This document shows positions 19,514 through 30,041 of a stretch of 64,000 nucleotides of DNA, piece after piece. The notes beneath the pieces were generated by a model. That model was not told the DNA's origin. It was given only the letters and a program-made list of their open reading frames with translations, and ran no database searches. Every line of letters starts with the position of its first letter. Position 1 is the first letter of the stretch. The translations under genes were made by a program, and so were the position numbers. This stretch comes from Syntrophales bacterium (lineage in GTDB: Bacteria > Desulfobacterota > Syntrophia > Syntrophales > PHBD01), in NCBI GenBank assembly GCA_963668175.1, contig OY764159.1, positions 3,872,001 through 3,936,000 of the forward strand, given 5' to 3'.

Positions 19514-20482
19514 TTGAAGAAAATTTTTCTGCTCTTCGCCATGATGGCATGGCTTGTTTCGGGTTTAGAAGCATCCGGGGCCGTCGTCACCGAGAGGGTT
19601 ATCGCCGTTGTAAACGGGGATGCCATTACGCTTTACGATTTAGATATGGCCATGGAACCCGTATTGAAGAGAATCCATGAATTTTATAAAGGGTCCAATA
19701 AGGATAAGGTTATCGCCGATGCACGTCAATCCGTCCTTAACCGCTTGATCGTCGATCGTCTAATCGACCAGGAAGCCAAGAAGTACGGTACAACCATGAA
19801 AGACGACGACGTCATGACGGCGATCCGCGGCATGCTGGCCGGCCAGAATCTTTCCATGGAGGAATTCCAGGCGAGACTGGCCAAGTCGGGCATGACGCTC
19901 GATCAGTACAAGGAAAAGACAAAGGAACAGATGTTAAAATCGAGGATCCTCAAATTTGAAGTCAACTACAAGGTCAGTGTCTCCGACCAGGAAATAGGGG
20001 AATATTACGGCAAGCACCGGGACGAATACGAAGGAAAAGACGCGGTAAGGATCAAACAAATACTGCTTCCGTTCCCGAAAGGTGCCGACGGACGCCGCAA
20101 AGAAATGCTTTGGACAGAGGCGGAAAAGATACATCGGAGCCTTATGGCCGGCGAGCCTTTCGATGCCGTAGCCGCCAGATATGCCCAAAATCAGCAAGTA
20201 GTGGCCATGGGCGACATGGGCTTTTTGGAGAAGGGAACCATGGTTTCCGAGGTCGACCAGATAGCCTTCCGCCTGCAAGTGAAAGAGATCAGCCCCGTCA
20301 TCGAATCGTCCATCGGCTACCATATTATCCAGGTCACGGACAAGCGCGGCGAAGGGTTGAAATCCATCGAATCGGTCCGCAACGAAATCAAGTTAAAAAT
20401 CGAAGAAGAAAAGATGGAAAAGAAATTCGATGAATGGGTCGACGGCCTGAAAAAGAAATCCTTAATCGAGATCAAGTCTTAA
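19514..20482 (+). CDS. SurA-like peptidyl-prolyl isomerase/chaperone
   Basis: TTG start after GGGGAGG; signal peptide; RVIAVVNGDAIT; GDMG...GYHII. Confidence 0.83.
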   Translation: MKKIFLLFAMMAWLVSGLEASGAVVTERVIAVVNGDAITLYDLDMAMEPVLKRIHEFYKGSNKDKVIADARQSVLNRLIVDRLIDQEAKKYGTTMKDDDVMTAIRGMLAGQNLSMEEFQARLAKSGMTLDQYKEKTKEQMLKSRILKFEVNYKVSVSDQEIGEYYGKHRDEYEGKDAVRIKQILLPFPKGADGRRKEMLWTEAEKIHRSLMAGEPFDAVAARYAQNQQVVAMGDMGFLEKGTMVSEVDQIAFRLQVKEISPVIESSIGYHIIQVTDKRGEGLKSIESVRNEIKLKIEEEKMEKKFDEWVDGLKKKSLIEIKS

Positions 20483-20567
20483 CGGTGCAATGGACCGATA
20501 CCCGATATATCCGTCGAACATGTCGGTCTCATACGGAATGCCCATAGGACTTATAACCTAATCCTAT

Positions 20568-23417
20568 ATGAATGCCATAAGAGTCAAAGGCGCGGCGCAG
20601 CATAATCTGAAACACGTCAGTATCGACATCCCCCGAGATCAACTTGTCGTTATCACCGGTGTGAGCGGTTCAGGTAAGTCCTCTCTTGCTTTCGACACGA
20701 TCTATGCGGAAGGACAGAGGCGGTACGTGGAATCGCTTTCGTCCTACGCACGGCAGTTCATCGGTCAGATGGACAAGCCCGACGTGGAATCGATAGAAGG
20801 GCTCTCGCCGGCCATCGCCATCGAACAGAGAACGGCCAGCCAGAATCCGCGATCCACCGTGGGAACGATTACCGAAATCTATGACTATCTGCGCCTTCTA
20901 TTCGCCCGTATCGGGACACCCCATTGCTACCAGTGCGGCAGGGAAATAAAATCGCAGACTATAGACATGATGCTGGAGGCCGTGCTCGCCTATCCGGAAA
21001 GGACGAAGATCACGCTCCTGGCGCCGGTCGTGCGCGGCAAAAAGGGTGAGTTTCAGAAAGAATTCAAAAAATTGCTGAAAGAAGGTTATCTGAGGGTCCG
21101 CATCGACGGAGAAACCCGGGAACTCACCGACGAGATCACACTGGATAAAAACAAACGGCACGATATCGATGTCGTCGTGGACCGCATCATGATGAAAGAC
21201 GGTATCCGCAAGCGCCTCCGGGATTCACTCGAACTGGCTTCCGGACTATCCGACGGCCTGGTCCGGATCATAACCGCCGATGGAGAAGAAACGCTTTTCA
21301 GCGAAAAATACGCCTGTCCGGATTGCGGTATTGGCATTTCCGAACTGGCGCCGCGGATGTTCTCCTTCAACAGTCCTTACGGGGCCTGTCCCGAATGCGG
21401 GGGACTGGGCACCAAGATGTACTTCGATGAGGAACTGGTTGTGCCAGACAGGTCCGTCTCCATCAGGGAAGGAGCCATTCTCCCCTGGGCCGGCCGTCAT
21501 TCCGTTTATTTTCATCAGATTCTCGATGCCATCGCCCAACATTATCGTTTCGACATCAATACCCCTTTCAACCAGTTGCCGGAAGACGTCCAGAATGTCC
21601 TCCTTTACGGCTCCGGAACGGAGAAAATCAAATTTTACATGGATCGCAGCGGACGGCGATATTTCTATTCGCGCCCGTTCGAAGGCATCCTGAACCAATT
21701 GGACCGGCGTTACCGGGAAACGACATCCAATGCCGTCCGGATGGATCTCTCCCGCTATATCAACCAGCGGGAATGTCCCACTTGCCTGGGGGCAAGGCTG
21801 AAGAAAGAAAGCCTTTCCGTGACCGTTGCCGGCAAGAATATCTATGAGGTCTGCTGCCTCTCCATCCGCGAATGTTGCAATTTCTTTCAATCTCTGCCCC
21901 TGACCCACCAGGAAGCGGTCATCTCCGAAAGGATTCTCAAAGAAATCAGGGAACGGCTCAGATTCCTCCTGGATGTCGGCATGGATTACCTGAGTCTGGA
22001 ACGCTCATCAGGCACCCTGTCCGGAGGCGAAGGCCAGAGGATCAGGCTGGCTACCCAGATAGGATCGGGCCTGGTCGGCGTCCTCTACGTCCTGGACGAG
22101 CCTACTGTCGGCCTGCACCAGCGGGACAACGAACGCCTGATTAAAACCCTGAAGCGCCTGAAGGACATGGGGAATACCGTACTCGTCGTCGAGCACGATG
22201 CGGACATGATTCTGGCCTCCGACCAGGTCATCGATATAGGCCCCGGCGCGGGCCAGGACGGCGGCGAAGTCGTCTTCCAGGGAACGCCGGAAGAAATTTA
22301 CCGGAGCGAGCGCTCCCTGACGGGCCTTTATCTGTCCGGCAAGAGATCCATCCCGGTCCCAGAAAAGAGGCGTCCCCTGCCGAAACGCCACATCGTCATC
22401 GAAGGCGCCCATGAACACAATCTCAAGCATATCGATATCCGCATCCCCGTCGGTGTTTTCACCGCGGTGACCGGCGTCTCCGGGTCGGGCAAGAGTACGA
22501 TGATTATCGAAACCCTTTTCAAAGCCCTCTCCAAGAAAATCTATCATTTAAAAGGAGGATTCGGGAAGATCAAAAGGATCGCCGACACGGGCGATATCGA
22601 ACGGATCATCATGATCAACCAGCAACCGATCGGCCGCACGCCCCGGTCAAATCCCGTCACCTACACGGGGGCCTTTTCCCATATCCGCGACCTTTTTACG
22701 GGGCTCCCCGAGTCCCGGCTCCGGGGATACAAGCCCGGACGATTCAGTTTCAACGTCAAAGGCGGACGTTGCGAAGCATGCCAGGGAAACGGCCTGATCA
22801 AGATCGAGATGCATTTCCTTCCCGATGTCTATGTGACCTGCGACGTCTGCCGGGGGAAACGGTTCAACCACGACACCCTCGACATCCGCTACAAGGACAA
22901 GAATATCGCCGAGGTGCTCGATATGACGGTAGACCAGGCCCTCTCCTTTTTTGAAAACATCCCGGCCATCCGTTCCAAACTGAAGCTCCTCACGGACGTG
23001 GGACTCGGGTATATCAGGCTGGGACAATCCGCCACTACCCTGTCCGGAGGAGAGGCCCAGCGCATCAAGCTGTCCCGCGAACTGGGCAAGCGTACCAACA
23101 GCAACACGCTCTACATCCTTGACGAACCCACCATCGGACTCCATTTCGCCGATATCCAGAAGCTCTTGGAAGTCCTCATGAGGCTGGTCGACATGGGGAA
23201 TACCATGGTGGTCATCGAACACAACCTCGATATCATAAAATCCGCCGATTTCATTATTGATTTGGGTCCGGAAGGGGGACCGGGGGGCGGAGAAATCGTC
23301 ACATCCGGAACACCCGAGGAGGTTGCCGATTCGGAAATATCCCTGACCGGGAGCTTCTTAAAAAAAATCCTCGAGGATTCCAGACCTGCGGCCGTCACGA
23401 AGCAAGCTCATTCCTGA
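20568..23417 (+). CDS. uvrA: excinuclease ABC subunit A
   Basis: Two Walker A GVSGSGKS, LSGGE signatures, zinc fingers, AEGQRRYVES. Confidence 0.98.
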   Translation: MNAIRVKGAAQHNLKHVSIDIPRDQLVVITGVSGSGKSSLAFDTIYAEGQRRYVESLSSYARQFIGQMDKPDVESIEGLSPAIAIEQRTASQNPRSTVGTITEIYDYLRLLFARIGTPHCYQCGREIKSQTIDMMLEAVLAYPERTKITLLAPVVRGKKGEFQKEFKKLLKEGYLRVRIDGETRELTDEITLDKNKRHDIDVVVDRIMMKDGIRKRLRDSLELASGLSDGLVRIITADGEETLFSEKYACPDCGIGISELAPRMFSFNSPYGACPECGGLGTKMYFDEELVVPDRSVSIREGAILPWAGRHSVYFHQILDAIAQHYRFDINTPFNQLPEDVQNVLLYGSGTEKIKFYMDRSGRRYFYSRPFEGILNQLDRRYRETTSNAVRMDLSRYINQRECPTCLGARLKKESLSVTVAGKNIYEVCCLSIRECCNFFQSLPLTHQEAVISERILKEIRERLRFLLDVGMDYLSLERSSGTLSGGEGQRIRLATQIGSGLVGVLYVLDEPTVGLHQRDNERLIKTLKRLKDMGNTVLVVEHDADMILASDQVIDIGPGAGQDGGEVVFQGTPEEIYRSERSLTGLYLSGKRSIPVPEKRRPLPKRHIVIEGAHEHNLKHIDIRIPVGVFTAVTGVSGSGKSTMIIETLFKALSKKIYHLKGGFGKIKRIADTGDIERIIMINQQPIGRTPRSNPVTYTGAFSHIRDLFTGLPESRLRGYKPGRFSFNVKGGRCEACQGNGLIKIEMHFLPDVYVTCDVCRGKRFNHDTLDIRYKDKNIAEVLDMTVDQALSFFENIPAIRSKLKLLTDVGLGYIRLGQSATTLSGGEAQRIKLSRELGKRTNSNTLYILDEPTIGLHFADIQKLLEVLMRLVDMGNTMVVIEHNLDIIKSADFIIDLGPEGGPGGGEIVTSGTPEEVADSEISLTGSFLKKILEDSRPAAVTKQAHS

Positions 23418-23908
23418 TGCCTCTGGTAAATCCTTCCGCAATCGCGGACGATTTTACCCCGTCAAGTCACAGCACCCCGACACGGTCATTCACGGCATGA
23501 CGGTGGCCCGCCAGGATCTGACCCGCCCTGCCCTGTAATGGTCAACTTCCGTATCACGCTGCTTCGGCCATCGCCAAAATTATGACGCTTTTTGGAACAC
23601 ATGGTTCTCGGAACCCATATGCATATTCTGGCGGCGTTATGACTTTATTTAAGCGCCGACTATAGACTTTATCTAATAAAAATGCGATACTCCCACGTAA
23701 TGATCGTTATAATGGTGCATGATTCGACTCAGACGGCGCGTTCACGCCGCCACCCAAGGACTGGCGGAGACGAGCGGTGCCTTTAACCGAATTTTTTATT
23801 CATTATTTTAGGATATCCTGCCGATAGAAAGGGTAAGGTCACGCGACAGGCCGAGGGATATTCGATAAAAGAAACGACGTCTTCTGTTTTCGAAGATACG
23901 ATGAATAA

Positions 23909-23925
23909 TGGCATGTCTCGTGCAT
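23909..23925 (+). promoter_or_regulatory. putative sigma54 (-24/-12) promoter of the glycan island
   Basis: TGGCATG-TCTC-GTGCAT, exact GG-N10-GC spacing, about 190 nt before the first gene. Confidence 0.45.
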
Positions 23926-24115
23926 TATTCACGATCGTTTCATGCAATATTTTGATTTTTCAGAAGAGTACACAAGACTGCATGGAAGGTCGTCATCTCC
24001 AGGGGCCATGATGGGTAAACGACGGGGCGGAGCTGTGCCCGGAACCGGATATCCATCCGGTTACGAGGATAGATGATGCGAACAAGGATATAATGGACAC
24101 TTCAGGTTTCCCGAT

Positions 24116-25126
24116 ATGAACGCACTTATTACGGGCATCACAGGCATGGTCGGTTCTCATCTTGCCGATTTCCTTCTGGAAAATACGGACTGGACTATCT
24201 ACGGCATGTGCCGCTGGCGAAGTCCGTTGGACAACGTCGAGCACCTCACCGACCGGGCCAACCGCAAGGAGCGGATATTCTTCATCTTCGGTGATTTGTG
24301 CGATTATGTCTCCCTGGAAAACGCCGTCGAGGAATCGCGTCCCGACTATGTCTTTCACCTGGCCGCTCAGAGTTACCCCAAAACCAGCTTCACGTCACCC
24401 CTGCAAACCCTCGATACGAATATCCTGGGGACGGAGCGTCTTCTTGAATCATTGAGAAGATGTCCCGGCATCGATCCGCTCATCCACGTCTGTTCGTCCT
24501 CGGAAGTCTTCGGCCGGGTCCCCCGCGAAAACCTGCCGATTGCGGAAGAATGCGCTTTTCATCCTGCGTCCCCCTATGCCATCTCCAAAGCGGGCACCGA
24601 CCTCCTGGGCAGATTCCACGCTGAAGCATACGGTCAGAAGGTCCTGGTCACGCGCATGTTCACCCATACGGGGCCGCGTCGGGGCGACGTCTTCGCCGAA
24701 TCCACCTTTGCCAAACAGATTGCCATGATTGAAAAAGGATTGATTCCACCTGTCGTCAAAACAGGCAATCTCAATTCCCTGCGCACCTGGTCCGACGTGC
24801 GGGATGCTGTTAGGGCTTACTACATGCTGCTGACCGTCGACCCCGTTCCGGGGTCTTATTTTAATATCGGAGGGACGTTCTCCTGCACAGTAGGCGACAT
24901 GCTCGACCATCTCGTTTCCATATCCGCCTGTAAGGACAAAATCAAGGTGGAGACGGAAGACGCGAGGCTGCGACCCCTCGATGCCGACCTGCAGGTGCCG
25001 GATACCGCCAAATTTCAGACGCACACCGGCTGGAAACCGGAAATCCCTTTTGAAAAGACCATGCAGGATCTCCTCGACTACTGGAGAGACCGTGTCTCCA
25101 AAGGAAAGGGTTTCCTGACCAGGTAG
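24116..25126 (+). CDS. dmhA: GDP-mannose 4,6-dehydratase family, DmhA/WcbK-type GDP-manno-heptose 4,6-dehydratase
   Basis: GITGMVG, HLAAQSYP, CSSSEVFG, SPYAISK, THTGPRRGDVFAES, LRPLDAD; resembles DmhA from memory; next to hddC/hddA. Confidence 0.8.
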   Translation: MNALITGITGMVGSHLADFLLENTDWTIYGMCRWRSPLDNVEHLTDRANRKERIFFIFGDLCDYVSLENAVEESRPDYVFHLAAQSYPKTSFTSPLQTLDTNILGTERLLESLRRCPGIDPLIHVCSSSEVFGRVPRENLPIAEECAFHPASPYAISKAGTDLLGRFHAEAYGQKVLVTRMFTHTGPRRGDVFAESTFAKQIAMIEKGLIPPVVKTGNLNSLRTWSDVRDAVRAYYMLLTVDPVPGSYFNIGGTFSCTVGDMLDHLVSISACKDKIKVETEDARLRPLDADLQVPDTAKFQTHTGWKPEIPFEKTMQDLLDYWRDRVSKGKGFLTR

Positions 25127-25149
25127 ACTCTCCGGCGGCTTCGATATCC

Positions 25150-26097
25150 ATGAATAAAGATGCAAAAATCTTCGTAGCCGGACACAGGGGCCTGGTCGGC
25201 TCGGCCGTAACAAGGGAGTTGATCCGGGAGGGATATAACCATCTGTGCCTTCGAGCCCATGAAGAACTCGATCTGACCAGTCAGCAGGCGGTGGACGATT
25301 TCTTTACCGCCGAAAGGCCCGAATACGTTTTCCTATGCGCGGCCAAGGTGGGCGGGATCCTGGCCAACAGCACCTATCCGGCCCAGTTCATTTACGAAAA
25401 TATCATGATCGGCGCGAACATCATCCATGCAAGCCATAAAAGCGGCGTCAAGAAACTCCTCAACCTGGGATCGTCCTGCATCTATCCCAAAGACGCCGCC
25501 CAGCCCCTCAAGGAAGACGATTTGCTGACCGGCAAGCTGGAGCCAACCAACGAGCCTTACGCCGTCGCCAAGATCGCCGCCATCATCCTCTGCCGTTCCT
25601 ATAACAGACAGTACGGCACCAATTTTGTATCAGCCATGCCGGCGAATCTCTATGGCCCGCATGACAATTTCAACCTGGAAACGGCGCACGTTTTGCCCTC
25701 CCTGCTGCGGAAGTTCCACGAAGCCAAGGTTGCGGCAAGCTCCTCTGTTGAAATATGGGGATCGGGCAGCCCCGTCCGCGAATTCCTTTACGTTGAAGAC
25801 CTGGCACGGGCTCTGTTGCATATCATGCGGCACCACGATGCGGATGACATCGGCGATTTCATCAATATAGGCACGGGGCGCGGCATCACGATCAAGGCGT
25901 TGGGTGAGATGATAGCCGGTATTGTCGGCTTTGCGGGCGATATCCGTTTCAACACCGGCAAGCCGGACGGTATGGCCGAAAAGATTCTCGACACGGGGCG
26001 GATGAGCGAGCTGGGCTGGAAAGCATCGACAAGCCTGGAAGAAGGGATCAGGATGACCTACCGGTGGTATCTTGACGAACGTCCCCGCATAATCTGA
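25150..26097 (+). CDS. fcl: GDP-L-fucose synthase family 3,5-epimerase/4-reductase
   Basis: AGHRGLVG, AAKVGGI, GSSCIYPK, EPTNEPYAVAK, NLYGPHDNF, HVLP. Confidence 0.9.
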   Translation: MNKDAKIFVAGHRGLVGSAVTRELIREGYNHLCLRAHEELDLTSQQAVDDFFTAERPEYVFLCAAKVGGILANSTYPAQFIYENIMIGANIIHASHKSGVKKLLNLGSSCIYPKDAAQPLKEDDLLTGKLEPTNEPYAVAKIAAIILCRSYNRQYGTNFVSAMPANLYGPHDNFNLETAHVLPSLLRKFHEAKVAASSSVEIWGSGSPVREFLYVEDLARALLHIMRHHDADDIGDFINIGTGRGITIKALGEMIAGIVGFAGDIRFNTGKPDGMAEKILDTGRMSELGWKASTSLEEGIRMTYRWYLDERPRII

Positions 26098-26106
26098 ATA
26101 TCTATC

Positions 26107-26880
26107 TTGCAAAAAACAGCGAGCGAGACGATAGCGAACGCATCAGATAACAACAGCCTCGCCGGGACCACATCCATCATTCTGGCGGGAGGGAAAGGGA
26201 CACGACTCAGCGGTACCGTGAATGATCGCCCCAAGGTGCTGGCGGCGGTTAACGGAAGGCCATTCCTGGTGTATCTCCTCGACCAGTTGAAAGCCGCCGA
26301 CGTCCGGTGTGTCGTTTTGTGCACGGGTTACATGGGTGACATGGTCCGCGAATCCTTCGGCAGAGATTATGACGGGATGGCGCTTGCCTATTCCCACGAG
26401 ACCGTCCCTCTGGGGACGGGCGGAGCCCTCCGTCTGGCGTTGCCATTGCTTAACTCGGACCCTGTCCTCGTCATGAACGGCGATTCTTACTGTCAGCTCG
26501 ATCTGGAGACATTCTTCGTCTGGCGTCGCGAACAGCATATGCCGAACGCTATGGTATTGACGTTTCTTGACGATGTCGCCCGTTTCGGCAGCGTCGAAAT
26601 GGACGGCCGGAATCGAATCACCCGTTTTCGTGAAAAGACGCAAAAAAGGTCCCCCGGATTCATCAATGCGGGCGTCTATCTGCTTACCAGAGAATCAATC
26701 GCGCGTATTCCGTCGGACCGGCCGGTTTCCCTGGAACGAGATATCTTTCCAACCCTAATCGAGGAAGGTATCACCGGCTTTCAAAGCCGGGGCCGGTTTA
26801 TCGACATCGGGACCCCCGATTCCTATCGGGAAGCGGAAACATTCTTTGCCGATCCGGGCGTTGGGCGGAATCGCCATTGA
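26107..26880 (+). CDS. hddC: nucleotidyltransferase, D-glycero-D-manno-heptose 1-phosphate guanylyltransferase-like
   Basis: LAGGKGTRL, PK, PLGTGGA, NGDS, INAGVY, SLE, FIDIGTP; start uncertain. Confidence 0.8.
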   Translation: MQKTASETIANASDNNSLAGTTSIILAGGKGTRLSGTVNDRPKVLAAVNGRPFLVYLLDQLKAADVRCVVLCTGYMGDMVRESFGRDYDGMALAYSHETVPLGTGGALRLALPLLNSDPVLVMNGDSYCQLDLETFFVWRREQHMPNAMVLTFLDDVARFGSVEMDGRNRITRFREKTQKRSPGFINAGVYLLTRESIARIPSDRPVSLERDIFPTLIEEGITGFQSRGRFIDIGTPDSYREAETFFADPGVGRNRH

Positions 26881-26934
26881 TCGTGCGTCAAGTGGAATGA
26901 ACGGATATCATCCCTTTTCGAGGAGAAAAACCCC

Positions 26935-27930
26935 ATGGTCATAAGCAAGACACCCTACCGGATCTCCTTTTTCGGCGGCGGAACCGACTATCCGCAGTGG
27001 TACTCGAAGCACGGCGGGACAGTCCTTTCCACGACCATCGATAAATACTGCTATATCACGTGCCGCGTGTTGCCGCCTTTTTTCGCCCACCGCTACCTGA
27101 TCGTATGGTCACACATCGAAGCCGTATCCACGTTATCCGAGATACTCCACCCGGCCGTGCGGGAAGGGCTGAAATATCTTGGCGTAAACGGCGAATCGGG
27201 ACTGGAGATCCATCACCAGGGCGATCTTCCGGCCAGGGCAGGCATGGGTTCCAGTTCGTCCTTTTCCGTCGGATTGATCAAGGCCGTCATGGCCCACCAG
27301 GGCAAGATGATCGGCAGACACGATCTGGCGTTGAAGGCGATCGATCTGGAGCAGAACATCCTGAAGGAGAATGTCGGATCTCAAGACCAGGTGGCGGCGG
27401 CCTACGGCGGTTTTAACCATATCTCCTTTTTCCCAAACGGCGAGATCCGTGTCGAGCCCGTCATCATGGATTCCGAACGTCTCGCGGCTTTAGAATCGAG
27501 TATGATGCTCATCTACACGGGTACCAGCCGCCTTTCCTCCGAAGTGGCCGGCGCCGTGATCGCCAATCTTGATAAAAAACAGGATGAGATGAAGCAGATG
27601 AGCCGCATGGTCGATCAGGGCCTCGCCATCTTGAACGGCCAGGGCAGCCTGGATGACTTTGGGTATCTGATGCACGAAAACTGGCTCTTGAAGCAATCGG
27701 TCAACGAAAACACCTCCAACGACGTCGTCAACAGGATCTACGATAGTGCCCTTAAACACGGAGCCCTTGGCGGCAAACTTCTCGGCGCGGGCGCCTCGGG
27801 TTTCATGGTCTTCTATGTTCCCCCCGAAAAGCAGACGGCCGTGCGCGCGGCATTGGGCGGATATCTCCATGTCCCCTTCAAGTTCGAGCACGAAGGCAGC
27901 TCGATTGTCTATTATACGACGCGAATCTGA
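26935..27930 (+). CDS. hddA: GHMP kinase, D-glycero-D-manno-heptose 7-phosphate kinase-like
   Basis: TPYRISFFGGGTD, PARAGMGSSSS, GSQDQ, GGKLLGAG. Confidence 0.85.
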   Translation: MVISKTPYRISFFGGGTDYPQWYSKHGGTVLSTTIDKYCYITCRVLPPFFAHRYLIVWSHIEAVSTLSEILHPAVREGLKYLGVNGESGLEIHHQGDLPARAGMGSSSSFSVGLIKAVMAHQGKMIGRHDLALKAIDLEQNILKENVGSQDQVAAAYGGFNHISFFPNGEIRVEPVIMDSERLAALESSMMLIYTGTSRLSSEVAGAVIANLDKKQDEMKQMSRMVDQGLAILNGQGSLDDFGYLMHENWLLKQSVNENTSNDVVNRIYDSALKHGALGGKLLGAGASGFMVFYVPPEKQTAVRAALGGYLHVPFKFEHEGSSIVYYTTRI

Positions 27931-27944
27931 AGGCGGAGAATTTT

Positions 27945-29390
27945 ATGATGCATGACATCAATCCCATAAAACAAGATTTGACCGGTCTGGATATGCTGTT
28001 GATCAATCCCAGTACCGACTTTGAAGCTGAAATATTGCAGAAAAGAACGATGCGGATCGAGAAGGACGTCCCGAATCAGGAAACACCGCCGTCCAATATC
28101 GGCTATCTTATGGCTGCCGCAAAAAAAGAAGGTTTGAAAGTAAAATTCGTAGATATGGTTGTGGATAGCGTCAGCGTAGATGAGCTATTGCGTTTCGTCG
28201 CCGATCTCAAGCCGTCATTGGTCGGGTTCAGTGCCTTTACCAAACAGATTTGCGCGGCAGGACAGATCGCTGCCCAAATAAAGCAGGCGGCTCCCTCGGT
28301 CATGACGTGTGTCGGTGGCTGCCACGCCATCGCCATGCCGAAAGCGACCCTCGAGGAGTTTCCCGGCATCGATTTTGTCTTTGCCGGAGAGGCGGAAACG
28401 CAGTTGCCCCACATTTTCAACTGCCTTCAGAAGCCCCGCGAGTTGGTCAAACTGCACGGTGTCGTAACCAGGGACACAGCGGATTTTTCACCTTTGTACA
28501 TCGACGATTTGGATAACCTGCCTTTTCCCGCCTGGGAGGATTTCGATCTAACCAGGTACCCCGGGAATTTGCCTCATCGGACAAACCGGGAACTACCCAT
28601 GATTACAACCAGAGGCTGCCCCTATAAGTGCTCCTTTTGCTGTCGCTCCAACGGGGATAGAATCCGCTATCGAAGCGTTAACTCGGTGATTTCCGAGATC
28701 AAGAGGAATATCGAGGATTTCGGGTGCGAAGCCATCGTCTTCAACGACGAAAATTTCATTCTCGATAAGAAGCGGACGGACTATCTCTTCTCCGAATTCA
28801 AGAGGCAGGGCATCAACCGGAAGATTAAATGGGGATGCAGCATGCGTGTCGATAACGCAACCCCGGCGTTGATGCAGAAGATGAAGGAGGCCGGCTGCTT
28901 TTACGTCTTCTTCGGCTTTGAAAGCGCCAACGACGATACGCTTATACGCATTCAGAAGAGAACGGCCGTCGCTCAGATGCTCCAGGCGGTGAATGCGGCC
29001 AAACGCGCCGGAATTGTTCCGGTCGGATCTTTCATCATCGGCCTCCCCGGCGACACAAAGGAAGATATCTACAAGGCCATAGCATTGGGCAAGGAATTGG
29101 ACCTCTACTCGATCACTTTCCCGATCGCCGTTCCCTATCCCGGGACAGCCTTGCGGGAACAAGCCTTGAAGCACATGTACGGCATGAGAGTTCTATCCAA
29201 CAACTGGGAATACTACGGAAGAAAAGCGGTTAATTCCAAGGAAGATTTTGAAATTCTGGAAAGCGACGACATGCCCGCCAAGATGCGAAAGGAGTTGCAG
29301 GATCTCGCCTACGCCACGCATCCGAAGAAGATATTTGATGAATACGTGAAGCGATTGAACGAATGGCGGTCAAGCCAAGGCCTGCCGTAA
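27945..29390 (+). CDS. B12-binding radical SAM protein
   Basis: LLINP N-terminus, VGGCH, GEAE, TRGCPYKCSFC, GFES, FIIGLPG. Confidence 0.88.
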   Translation: MMHDINPIKQDLTGLDMLLINPSTDFEAEILQKRTMRIEKDVPNQETPPSNIGYLMAAAKKEGLKVKFVDMVVDSVSVDELLRFVADLKPSLVGFSAFTKQICAAGQIAAQIKQAAPSVMTCVGGCHAIAMPKATLEEFPGIDFVFAGEAETQLPHIFNCLQKPRELVKLHGVVTRDTADFSPLYIDDLDNLPFPAWEDFDLTRYPGNLPHRTNRELPMITTRGCPYKCSFCCRSNGDRIRYRSVNSVISEIKRNIEDFGCEAIVFNDENFILDKKRTDYLFSEFKRQGINRKIKWGCSMRVDNATPALMQKMKEAGCFYVFFGFESANDDTLIRIQKRTAVAQMLQAVNAAKRAGIVPVGSFIIGLPGDTKEDIYKAIALGKELDLYSITFPIAVPYPGTALREQALKHMYGMRVLSNNWEYYGRKAVNSKEDFEILESDDMPAKMRKELQDLAYATHPKKIFDEYVKRLNEWRSSQGLP

Positions 29391-29513
29391 AGGCAACGTT
29401 GTGGCTTTGCGTGCGGCGTTTTCCGACGCAAATCGCAACGAACGATACCGGCCTCCCGTAAGAACGACGGCCGAATCACACCTCTTGAATCTTTTTTCGA
29501 AGGAGCGCGTAAC

Positions 29514-30035
29514 ATGCAGAAGCGTGCCGTTATCATAACCGCCCAGGGTTTTCAGGATGAGGAATTCGTCTATCCCTACTATCGCCTCCTGGAGGCAGGC
29601 TTCACGGTGGACGTGGCTACCAAAGACAAGGCGGCCGTGACAGGCAAGTTCGGCGTGCCGGCCCGGCCGACGATCGGCACGGATGATATTAAAAGTGAGA
29701 ATTACGATCTCGTTCTTCTTCCCGGCGGCTTCGAGGCGCCTGATCGGCTGCGCATCCTGCCGGAAGTTCTTGCCTTTATCAGAGATATGGATAAGCAAAA
29801 AAAGCTGGTCGCTGCCATCTGCCACGGCCCGTGGGTATTGATTTCGGCGGGGATCACCAGGGGCCGCAAGATGACCGGCTACTGGAGCATAGAGGCCGAT
29901 CTTCGCAATTCCGGGGCGGATTACCGACACAAAGCGCCGGTGGTCGTCGACGGCAATCTGATCACCTCGCCTCACTACAACAATAATGGCGATTTCATGA
30001 AGGCCGTGATCGCCTATTTCGAACAGAGTAAATAA
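29514..30035 (+). CDS. PfpI/DJ-1 family (type 1 glutamine amidotransferase-like) protein
   Basis: GFQDEE, LPGG, AAICHGP, VVVDGNLITS. Confidence 0.88.
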   Translation: MQKRAVIITAQGFQDEEFVYPYYRLLEAGFTVDVATKDKAAVTGKFGVPARPTIGTDDIKSENYDLVLLPGGFEAPDRLRILPEVLAFIRDMDKQKKLVAAICHGPWVLISAGITRGRKMTGYWSIEADLRNSGADYRHKAPVVVDGNLITSPHYNNNGDFMKAVIAYFEQSK

Positions 30036-30041
30036 CTGTCC

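Noticed and set aside
20483..20567. LexA box upstream of uvrA
   Set aside because: GAACATGTCGGT does not complete GAAC-N4-GTTC, and no other SOS box is recognisable
23800..23860. Sigma28 promoter (GCCGATAG) or c-di-GMP riboswitch
   Set aside because: No TAAA at the right spacing; riboswitch core motifs absent
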